Shown: piece by piece, positions 1 through 10,100 of the stretch
Numbering within the stretch: position 1 is the first letter of the stretch
How the letters are laid out: every line of letters starts with the position of its first letter
Origin: a virus
Reading direction: 5' to 3' (one strand)
IMG/VR virus record: IMGVR_UViG_3300034060_000702
Location: 1-64,000 of that record
DNA: 64,000 nt
Notes under the pieces: generated by a model
Database searches by the model: none
The model's input: the letters and a program-made list of their open reading frames with translations, nothing else
What the model was told of the DNA's origin: nothing
Position numbers and translations under genes: made by a program

Positions 1-3000
1 ATCATCTGCACTATATACACTCTTCTCATAGAAATTCTCTTCAACAAAAGTTTTAAACTCCGGACTAGCAGCAAAAGCATCATTAAGATTACCATTAACA
101 ATAAAATCTAAAATATCTTCCGATTCAATATCCCATGCAAAATCAAGAGTAACACCAGTATCTTCTAAATAAGAAAGTACAACATCCGTTAATGCAGGAC
201 TATCATTTACTAAATCACGAACTACACTTCTAAAAGAATCCGTAGGAATAGAAGAACTCATCTTAGCTAAATCAGCATCTATTGCATTTAACCTAGCAAT
301 AATTAAAGGATCCAATCCCAAAGCAGAACCACTTGTTAATTGCTTAGACAATAAATCTAATCTTTCAATATCTTCTTGTGAAGTAATAGTTCCAAGAATA
401 CTTAAATTTTGTAATGTTTTTAATCTATCTACCTCGGCTCTAGTAAGACCTAATCCTTTATAGTTATAAAGATTATTCTTCATGTCATCAATTTCTTGAT
501 GAGCATCTCTCACTTTCTTTCTAATTTCAGCATCAGCGGTAATTCCATCTGGTTGGTTTGAGTTGTCAGTAACAAGTTTAACCATATCTGAAATCAACTG
601 TCTTTGTTCAGAATCATCATCGATGTTCTTATTGGCCGCTATTAATGTTTCAAGCAATGAAGCTCTTTCAGTTAATAGTTTTTGTTTTTTATCAACTATA
701 GAATTTTTTAAAGAAACTACTGTGTTTTGTTCTAACCATAAATCCATTTGTTTTTTGTATTCATCACTACCTAAAGGATTTCCAGAGTCAGTCACACTTT
801 TAGAATGAGAGTTATAAGCTTCTTGAAAAACTTCAGGTATTTCATTAAATACAATAAACTTACTTTTTGCCTCGCTATATTCTTTTAATCTTTTTGAAAC
901 CTCTAAGTCAGAACCTGTCTTCATGGTTCCATCTAAGTTATGAAATGACTGAAGTAATTTATATTCATCCCACATATAATTTAATGCCGCGGTTCTATTA
1001 GACTCTTCTAAATTAACATTAGCATTAATGGCAGACATTATTTCAAAAATGGTTTCTCTTCTTTGTTTGGCATCTCTACCTATATCATCTTTAGTAAACA
1101 ATTTATCTGCTTCATAGTATTCAGCAGAATATTGTTGATGCATGTATTTATTTTTCCAGTCTGCATATTTTTGAATAGCATCCATTAATTTTATCTCATC
1201 CGCATCACTATTTGTTTCAGAAAAAGTTTCTTGGGCTTGATTAACTGCAAATTGTTTAGATACTTTATCAGATTGCCAACCAATAAATTCTTGTAAAAAT
1301 CCATGTTCTTCATGTTCAACAATTTCACCATCTACAATAGAAGCAACTTTGTTAACTTGACCTAACTCTCTTCCTACAGAACCTCTATTTTGAAAATTAA
1401 CTTGATCAAAATATGGTTGTACTGCATCTAAATAGTTTTCAAACTTAGTTTTTGCATACACTTCATACTTAGCAATTTCACTTTGTATGTGTTGTTGTAA
1501 ACCAAATACAGTTGCATCTGTGTTAAATGAAGCTGATTCTAGTAATCCATTAAAATAATTTGAATCAACTCCTTCATTAGATATAATATCTTTAAGCTTA
1601 TCCTTAGTCATTTCCAGACCTTTCATCCATAAAGATTTAAGCTCTTTATATTCTTTATTGTTTACAGCTCCAGCATTTTTCATAATCATAAACTTTTCAT
1701 ACTGATCTTTAGTCATATTATGAAACTCTAACCAATGAGCATCTTGGTCAGCAGTAATTTGGCCTTTAAACACTTTAGTTATGTCAATGATTTTACCTGA
1801 CTTTCTACTTGCTTCTTTATTAAACTTATCTTTAACTTTATTAGCAATAGGTTCAACCATTCCCCACAATTCATCAAGAACAGCTTCAGTTTTAACATCA
1901 AGCAAAGTTAATTGTGCTTTTTGCATTAATGTTGATAATGAATCTGTTAAATCAGTTAAATCATTTTTAGTACCAATACCCACATTATTAACTCTTACAA
2001 ATGATAATCCTTTAACTACTGGATTCCAATTGTCAATAAATGTAGTATAATAATGAAGTGTATCAATTTGCTCTCTAGTAGTTAAACTTTTGATCTTTGG
2101 TATTTCTTCATTCATTACTTTCAACATTTCTTGAATGTTGTATAAGTTATTAGTCAAAGTTGTCAATCTTTCTGCAATAACATCTGCATGATTTATCAAA
2201 GCACCAGCATCATCTTTTTTAGAAATGGCAATAATCATATCGCTTGAAGTAGCAAGAGGACCTAACTCTTTTTTAATCTTTGCTAAAATACCTTGGTCAT
2301 ATTCTTTAACTAATAAATCAGCTAAGTTTTCTAAACCAGGCATTGTATCTTTATTTTCTTCAAGAGATGTTAATTGCACTGTTGCAGCATATACAGCATT
2401 GTTAATTAATTCTTGAACATCAGTAGCTTTTTTGCTTTTTAATGCAGTATTAAATGTATGATCAAAAGATGTGTATTCACGCATGTAATCAAATATCTCT
2501 TCATCAGTATATATTGCTGCATCCATTGCAACTTTATCTCCCTTAGATAGAATATCTGCAAGTTCGCGCATTGTAGTCATTGGACTCAAGTTTTGAATCT
2601 CTATTGACTTCCCTATTAACTTTCTTAATGCTTGTTTCACATTAAATAGAAACTCTTTAATCCAAGATGAAAATTCTTCTTTAGGAGAAGTCATCATAGT
2701 CGATGCAGTTAATGCTCGAACAAACACTTCTTCTTTAAGAGAGTCTTCTGATCTATTTTTGTATTTCTTAGTTACCTCATCTAATATGATTTTACCATCT
2801 TCAGTAGCAAGTAATCGATCATACAATGAATTAAATAGTTCAGGATTATCCTTCATCAACATTTTTACAAATGGATGTGAGAACTCATGTACTACAGACT
2901 GTGGAGTTAATCTACCAGTAATGAAATAAGCTTTACCATTGTGGAAAAAAGCAGGCTCATTGCTATAAATCTTACCTTTTTCATTGTGCAATTCCATTGC

Positions 3001-3288
3001 CTCTTCTTCAGTGATTATTTCATAACTAACCCCTAAAGCTTTAGATAGTTTTGTCAACCAGCGATTAACAGTTTTTTCAGTGTAGCTATATTCTTTTTCA
3101 GCATTGTCTTCTTTTAAGATTGACTCCGGAATATAATCTGCATTAAGTTTATCCAGTTTGTATCGAATAAACTCTGGTGAACCTACATCACCTGTTTCTA
3201 AATAATGTGCATGTACATCAGCCAATGTAACACCTAATTTTTGAAAGTCTTCAAGATTGATTTGATCATTTATACTACATGCTCCCAT
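1..3288 (-). CDS. Giant ejected cargo protein with N-terminal zincin (HExxH) domain; 3'-truncated by the window edge (>1096 aa)
   Basis: Missing from the ORF track because it has no stop in the window. ATG at 3288-3286 overlaps the upstream stop (TAATG). Reads MGACSINDQINLEDFQK...QSVVHEFSHPFVK...KEEVFVRAL, with HEFSH at 2875-2889; the frame is open at both ends where I checked it. Confidence 0.8.
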   Translation of the reverse strand, partial: MGACSINDQINLEDFQKLGVTLADVHAHYLETGDVGSPEFIRYKLDKLNADYIPESILKEDNAEKEYSYTEKTVNRWLTKLSKALGVSYEIITEEEAMELHNEKGKIYSNEPAFFHNGKAYFITGRLTPQSVVHEFSHPFVKMLMKDNPELFNSLYDRLLATEDGKIILDEVTKKYKNRSEDSLKEEVFVRALTASTMMTSPKEEFSSWIKEFLFNVKQALRKLIGKSIEIQNLSPMTTMRELADILSKGDKVAMDAAIYTDEEIFDYMREYTSFDHTFNTALKSKKATDVQELINNAVYAATVQLTSLEENKDTMPGLENLADLLVKEYDQGILAKIKKELGPLATSSDMIIAISKKDDAGALINHADVIAERLTTLTNNLYNIQEMLKVMNEEIPKIKSLTTREQIDTLHYYTTFIDNWNPVVKGLSFVRVNNVGIGTKNDLTDLTDSLSTLMQKAQLTLLDVKTEAVLDELWGMVEPIANKVKDKFNKEASRKSGKIIDITKVFKGQITADQDAHWLEFHNMTKDQYEKFMIMKNAGAVNNKEYKELKSLWMKGLEMTKDKLKDIISNEGVDSNYFNGLLESASFNTDATVFGLQQHIQSEIAKYEVYAKTKFENYLDAVQPYFDQVNFQNRGSVGRELGQVNKVASIVDGEIVEHEEHGFLQEFIGWQSDKVSKQFAVNQAQETFSETNSDADEIKLMDAIQKYADWKNKYMHQQYSAEYYEADKLFTKDDIGRDAKQRRETIFEIMSAINANVNLEESNRTAALNYMWDEYKLLQSFHNLDGTMKTGSDLEVSKRLKEYSEAKSKFIVFNEIPEVFQEAYNSHSKSVTDSGNPLGSDEYKKQMDLWLEQNTVVSLKNSIVDKKQKLLTERASLLETLIAANKNIDDDSEQRQLISDMVKLVTDNSNQPDGITADAEIRKKVRDAHQEIDDMKNNLYNYKGLGLTRAEVDRLKTLQNLSILGTITSQEDIERLDLLSKQLTSGSALGLDPLIIARLNAIDADLAKMSSSIPTDSFRSVVRDLVNDSPALTDVVLSYLEDTGVTLDFAWDIESEDILDFIVNGNLNDAFAASPEFKTFVEENFYEKSVYSADD

Positions 3289-4181
3289 TATCTACAAATT
3301 CTATTAAAGTTATTTACTAAATCCTTACTAACAAAGTTATTGTTTTTCCATAGCATTTCATACAAAAGTTCATTAAATACTGCCATTGCTTCAGCAAGAT
3401 CCTTTGCCATGTAATCATCTATTTCTGTTTGCGAATACACAGATCTTATTGCATTCACTTCACCCGCGCTGTATGTTCCAATCTTTTCAAATGTATTTAA
3501 CACAGGCTCATTAACCTCTAGATTATCATTAAACAAAGATGTTTGAGGACTAGCAAAGTTATTTTCCAATTCCTTAACTGCTATGATGTCTTCACTATTC
3601 CTAAAGTCAAATGATACCACAGAGGAATTATCTTGAACTAAACCACTATAACCCTTTGAAGAAAGAAACTTATAGAAGTTTAGGTTATTTTCTTTTCCTG
3701 CTATACTTTGATCATTTGGATTATATGTTAAACCCAACTTATTAAAGAATAAGTTTTGTAATACAGTGTATCCTTCTTTGTTTTGTTCTGTATCTAAAAA
3801 ATTAGCAGTAGATAAACCACCACTATTCTTATTAGATTCTTCAACAACTTTATAATGTTTTACATTGGTAGTAGTATCATAGTTTTCTGCATTATCAAGA
3901 ACTACTTTTTTTACATTGTAATCATCTTTAACCTTTTGAACTTTTACAAACAAATCTCTATTAATATCAAAAGTCCAATTACCTTTTCGAGATTTGTTTC
4001 TTTCAAACAACATCTTTCCTTGAGCTTTTACTTGATATGTTCTTTCAGCAATTTTTGTTTTGGTTTCATTGTATTCATCAAAGTCTTTTAGATTCAATAC
4101 TAAAAACTCTTCTTTATCAATGATACCATCCCTAGCCATTTCAGCTAGAGAACTATCTAATACACTACATACTGCACCCAT
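3288..4181 (-). CDS. Hypothetical protein (297 aa) in the cargo gene cluster
   Basis: ORF track; co-oriented and tightly packed between two giant genes; no recognisable motif. Confidence 0.75.
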   Translation of the reverse strand: MGAVCSVLDSSLAEMARDGIIDKEEFLVLNLKDFDEYNETKTKIAERTYQVKAQGKMLFERNKSRKGNWTFDINRDLFVKVQKVKDDYNVKKVVLDNAENYDTTTNVKHYKVVEESNKNSGGLSTANFLDTEQNKEGYTVLQNLFFNKLGLTYNPNDQSIAGKENNLNFYKFLSSKGYSGLVQDNSSVVSFDFRNSEDIIAVKELENNFASPQTSLFNDNLEVNEPVLNTFEKIGTYSAGEVNAIRSVYSQTEIDDYMAKDLAEAMAVFNELLYEMLWKNNNFVSKDLVNNFNRICR

Positions 4182-4193
4182 AATACTTACTTA

Positions 4194-7100
4194 TTAACAA
4201 CCAATTTTATCATTATCATACTTACTTTTTTCAGCACCAACTGTAATACTTTTAGGATCAATCGGAGCAGTTTTTGTTACCATTACTAATTTAGTAGTTG
4301 GTCTTGAAACCGCAACATATAATGCTTGATTTTTTGCTTTTGGTGTACCTAAATTTGTATTACCTAAAATGTTGTCAAGCATTACATAAGTATTGGTATA
4401 TGTAGAACCCTGTGCTTTATGTGCAGTAATTGCATAACCATATTGTAAATTACCAAATTCTTTTAACAAACCATAAGCCATTTGACCATCTGTTTTAAAT
4501 AAAGCAGCTACATCTTGTCGAAATTTATTTATTGATGAATTTGCAATAACAGGTATGTCAAATAAATTAACACCTTCTTCATTTATTAAATCTAAATATT
4601 CAACATCATATTTAAAAGATTGAGTTCTATTACCTTTAGCTTCAGAATAAACAGTTATATTAAAATTAACATCAACTTTTTTAGTATTACTAACAACTAT
4701 TAAATCTTCACCATTAGTAAAAACTGGAGATTCATCACCAAATGTATCATACGCCATCAATCTTTCTCCAGGCATAAACTGATTTTTAACAGCATCAAGA
4801 CCATACAAAGCATTTCTAACTTTCATATTCAAATTTAAAACACTTTGTCCACTTGGATTTTTTTCATTGTTAAATGTTATAATTTTAGCAAAATTAGGAT
4901 CATTGCTGTTTTTAACATCATCTACAAATTGATTTATAGCATTTGCTTCATTCTGTTCCCAAAGTAATTCGGAACCAGATACAGAATCTTTTGCATTAAC
5001 CATCATATCAGAAGTAATAACATTTACTTGTGGATCTTTACTTTTTACATTATCTGAAACAACAGTTCCAATTCCAATAATTGGAGATGTAGCTGCTTGT
5101 CGCATCTTTTCAGTTAGTAGGTAATGATTTGAATAACCAAATACTTTACTATCGGAACTTTGTCCAACTGGAGGAAGCTGTGCTCTATCTCCCATGTAAA
5201 TAATTTTAGCTCCTTTTTTCTTCCATTGATTGATTTCAGCAATCATATCATCTTTAAGCATAGACGATTCATCAATTATAACAAAGTCTGCTTTAAGCAT
5301 TGGAACCCATCCTAGTTTTCTTTTTTTTATATTTGGTTTAAATTCACCAGTTGCCTCATCTAATTTAATTGCTAAAGCTGCATCTAATGTTATGGTATTG
5401 ATTTTGTCTTTACTAAATTTTCTATCTCTATTTAAAGAATTATCCAACACTTTTTTTGCTTTGTGAGTAGGTCCAATTGCTAACACAGTACCTTTACTTT
5501 CTAATTCAGCAACAAGATTTTTAATAAGAGTAGTCTTACCTGTTCCTCCAGCACCTTCCAATACAAATTCAGACTCATTAGAACTAATGAAATCATACAG
5601 CTTATCAATAGCTTCACTTTGTCCTTGGTTAGCAAACACACCTGGAAATAACTCATATCTATTTACTTGAGGTTTATTACCAGAAATTGGTTCTACATTA
5701 ACAGGGGTAGGTTCAGTTCTAAATGGTTTACCATTTTGTGGATCTACATTTGGATTCTCATTGTATTTAGCTAATAGTTTGTTTTTATCTGCAGGTTTAC
5801 CTTTGTATCCAACAACATCAACACCTACACCATCTTTGATTACAATAGCATAAGGTTTACCATAGTATTGATAACTATCAGTAGTTGTTTGAGAAGTAGT
5901 TGTTTCTGATTTACTAATAACTTTAGGTGTATCGCCTGTGTTATCAATACCAATTTCAGCAAGTTTTGTATTAAGATATTCCCATATTTTTGGAGCAGTA
6001 TCTTTCATGTTAGAAATTTCACCTTTACCAAAAGGTTTTTCAGCACTAAATTTAACTCCTTTAAAATAACCTTCTCCAATAAAAGATTTTATTCTACGAA
6101 TTTCACGATCAATTTCTTTTTTAAACTCATCAAATTTTTCATCAGTCCATTGAGTTCTTTTGTCATCAACCATTGTTGTTATTGGAAATGCATTAGCCAA
6201 CCCTCTAATTACAGCTTGAGTTTTACCAGGAAATTTTTTATCTGTTCCATAAGTACTAGCATACCAACCAGTAGGTCCTACTAAATTAGGACCAGAAGTT
6301 CTAGCTGCATTATCTGTAAATAAATAAGCATACTCATTATCTTTTGTAACAGACTCTCTAGTAAATCTTTGCGATTCAGTTAAAGCTATTGCTGTTACAG
6401 GTCTGCTTACTAATTCAAATTCAATAGCATAAGGATAATTGTCAACATGGTTATCAGTTACAGATTTCACCCAACCTTCTTTTTCCCATGTAGCATCTTG
6501 ATATTCTTGTGTAAAAGGAACAACTTTAGTAATTCTAGTATAAGCTCTACCAGTTTTTTTATCAGTCATTCTTATTACCTTACCTACAAGATCTTCAATT
6601 TTAGAAAGATTATAGTCTTTCATCATTCTTTCTATATCAGTTTTAGCTCTAGTAGTTCTAGTTCTATCACCTGAAAGAATAAGTTGCATAGTTGATCTAT
6701 CTTTAAATTTAGATTGCATTTGTCTACCTCCATCTCCATCTTTAAAGTTTTGTTGAATAGGTGTTAATTCATCAGCTGCATCAAATTCATTAACACTAGT
6801 AGATGATTGAGTAGGTTGTGCAAATGTTTCTTCATATACCTCTTTAATAGCTTGTTTAGCAGCTGCTTCTTTTGCAGCACCTAAATATTCTTTTCTAGGT
6901 TTCCATTCACCAGTTTTTTTATCTTTTGTGTTATAATTTTCAATATCTCTTGAACCAACACCAGCAAAATTCTTAGTCAAAGTTGGTGTTTCTGTAACTT
7001 CAAAAGTATCTCCATTATATTTATACCAACCTTCAGTAACAATATCCCAAACATAAGTTGGTTTATTCATTTCTATACCAAGTTGTACAGCAGTATTAGT

Positions 7101-10100
7101 ACCTCCAAGAACAGCTGTTTTATCTGAAAATAGTTTAGCAACAGCAAATACAGCATCTGCATTAGCTACTTGATAATAATTTCTAACTTGTAGATTACCT
7201 TCTAAGGTATCAGGATATTTTTCTCCAAGTAATCTTTCTACTTCAGTTCTTGCAGTATCCATTTGTTCTTTAGTAAGAACTGTAGCTGTTACTTTAGCAT
7301 TTTTAAGTTTTTGAGAAAGGTTTGCATTACCTGCATCTTTATAATGCATATGTTTAGTAACTCCAAACTCTCTACCTATCATATCCCAAAAGGTATCTCC
7401 ACCATAAGCACCACCAGAATGATTAGTATAATCAGATGGATTAACACTAGTAGATAGTTGAGTAGTGGAACCTGCAGGTTTCTCAACAGCTCTTCCTACA
7501 GGATTAACATCCGGAGTATGTCTTAAAGTAATACTATATCTAATACCTGCCTGACCACTATTTTTTTCAATTCCATGTTTATATTTAATTTGGGAATCTT
7601 TACCCATTACTAATACATGTCCTTGCTTAGTAGGTATACCAACTTTCTCATTAGCATAGGGAGTGTTTGACATTCCTTCTAATCTAAATATTCTTTCAGC
7701 ACCAAGCGATAATGTAAGCACAGTTGGATTAATATTTTCTTTACCAACCAAGTTAGGTTCTGCATCAGTATGCATTCCTAAACCTTGCTCAAGACCTGTA
7801 TATCGATTAATTAAAGCAGTGTCAAAGTATCCTGGAATAACTCCCATTCTTTTTTCTAATTCTCTAACAGTTTTATCTAACCAAGATGGTAATGGTGCTG
7901 CTGCTTTTGTTATTGTAGAATATTTATATTCAATAGGACCAAAGTAAATTGATTTTGTATTTGCAAAATTTGGAATACCTTGTGCTGGATCAGCTAATAC
8001 TTTAGGAAACTCTCTATCCATGATTTCGAACAACTTGTCTGATTCAACTTTATTGAATACTTCTCCATCAAAAATTTCAGCTCCTGTTATTTCTTGAACT
8101 CTTTTAAATCCAGATAATGTTCCTGCACTAAGAAAACCTGAAGATGTAGTAAGTACTGCATTTTTTTGTTGAGGACTTGTTGCAACAGCATTAATTTGTA
8201 CAAGACTTTTTCTTGCAGTCATCAATGCTCTAGCATACATGTTGTTTAATTTATTTGAAACAGTTCCTTGCAGTAATGCTGCATCCTGTGTATTTACTAA
8301 TAAATTTTTAAAATCTTTATCTTTTTCAATAACTTTTCCAACAACATATTTATAAGCAGACTCAATTGCAACATTGTCAATTACATTTGCTCTAATAAAG
8401 TCAGACCAAGTAGCATTCGGTAAAGATTTATGTGCTTGATATTTTTCTTCTAAACCATATTTATCTGAAAGTTGTTTTGATACTAACTGGTCAATAGAAA
8501 CTTTTACAACTTCATTTTTATTTGATGAAGAAAGTAATGAGTCATCTTTAATAGAAAAAGTACTTTGTGTATTATACAATCCAGATACAGCCATTGAATC
8601 AACTTTAGACATAGCATAATACAAACCATTACCACTTAACATTGGATGTTTTTTATAACCCAATGATTCCAAATGTTCAATGATAAGTTCATTAGCACCT
8701 GGTTTCATTTCAATATTAAATGTAAGATTGTTGTCATGATTTAATCCATCTAAATGTTGTTTGTACTTTTTAAAGTATTCTTTAACAAATTTTGGATCAG
8801 TTATTTCTGAAGAAGAATTAATGTAAGCAGTAGAATAAAGACCTAAATCAGCATTGATAGCAGTTTCACCAAGTCCAGTAAAATAGTCAAACTGTCTAGT
8901 AGTATCTTCTGTTTCACCAACAGCTGAATATGGCATAATTATAGCACTATTTGCATATCTAGCCATTGCAATCTCTATCTTTCTAACACCTTCTAAATAA
9001 GATAAATCAAATTTATTTGTATATTGAATAGTATTATCAAAATAAGAATCATTCTCATAAGAGCCTCCTCTTTTATTTTGCAATTGTCTTTTACTATAGT
9101 TTTCATGATAATTAAGAGCAGTGTATAAATTAAGAACAGAATAATTTACAGCTTCACCAGATCCTATTTTATTTAAACTTTCTAATATTGAATCATATTG
9201 ATTACCGATTACATTTGAAATGTGAGCAGGATCAATAATTTCAGTTACATTAAATTGACCAGCAGTTCTAATTCCAGATTGCAACACAGCAAAGTGATCA
9301 AACTGTTCGAACAATTCTTGAACCTCTGGAATTTCACCATAAGCTTTAAGAATTTCCAATTCCTGTCTGTATATTTTTGAATAACCTGTTTCTTTAATAT
9401 TTGCTAATGAGATATTATGAGAATACTTATTATAGTTATGTCTAATGTCTTCTAAGAAATTAAATTTTCCTATTAGTTCTCCATGCTCACTTGCAACTTC
9501 TAGCAATCTTTTAGCATAAGAAAATGGACCATGCATTAATGTTTCTCTATTTCCAGAAGCAAGTAATGCTTTAGATTCTAAAGCCGCTGTTAAAATTAAA
9601 TCTTCATACTCTTCAGCAGAAATTTCTTTACCTTCAATTGTTTCTTCATTAATACCTACATCACTCAAAGCTTTTTTAGCCAAAATGTAATGCATGCTAT
9701 CTTTAGGAAGATCCATAAAATCTATTTTTCCATATTCAGCTAAGAATTTTAATGCAGCATTTTTAGAACCAAATTTATGAGGCAATGCATTAAGAACATT
9801 AAATCCAAAAGCCAACTCATTTAAGAAAGTTGGATTGTATCTTAACTCACCATCTTTGTAATCATACTTATCTACAGACTCATCTTCAACTAAAGCAATA
9901 TCATTATAAGTATTATCAGTAATTCGATTGCTTTCATTTTGATATAAGTACCAAATAAAATCTTCTTGGAATTGGTTAATGTTATCTTCAGGAAAAATAC
10001 CAGCTTTAAAAGCAATATCTGATTTTTTATCAGCAATAGCAGATAAAGCTTTATTATTTTTTAATGCAGAGAAATTAGAAAATAATTTTAAAATCAATTT

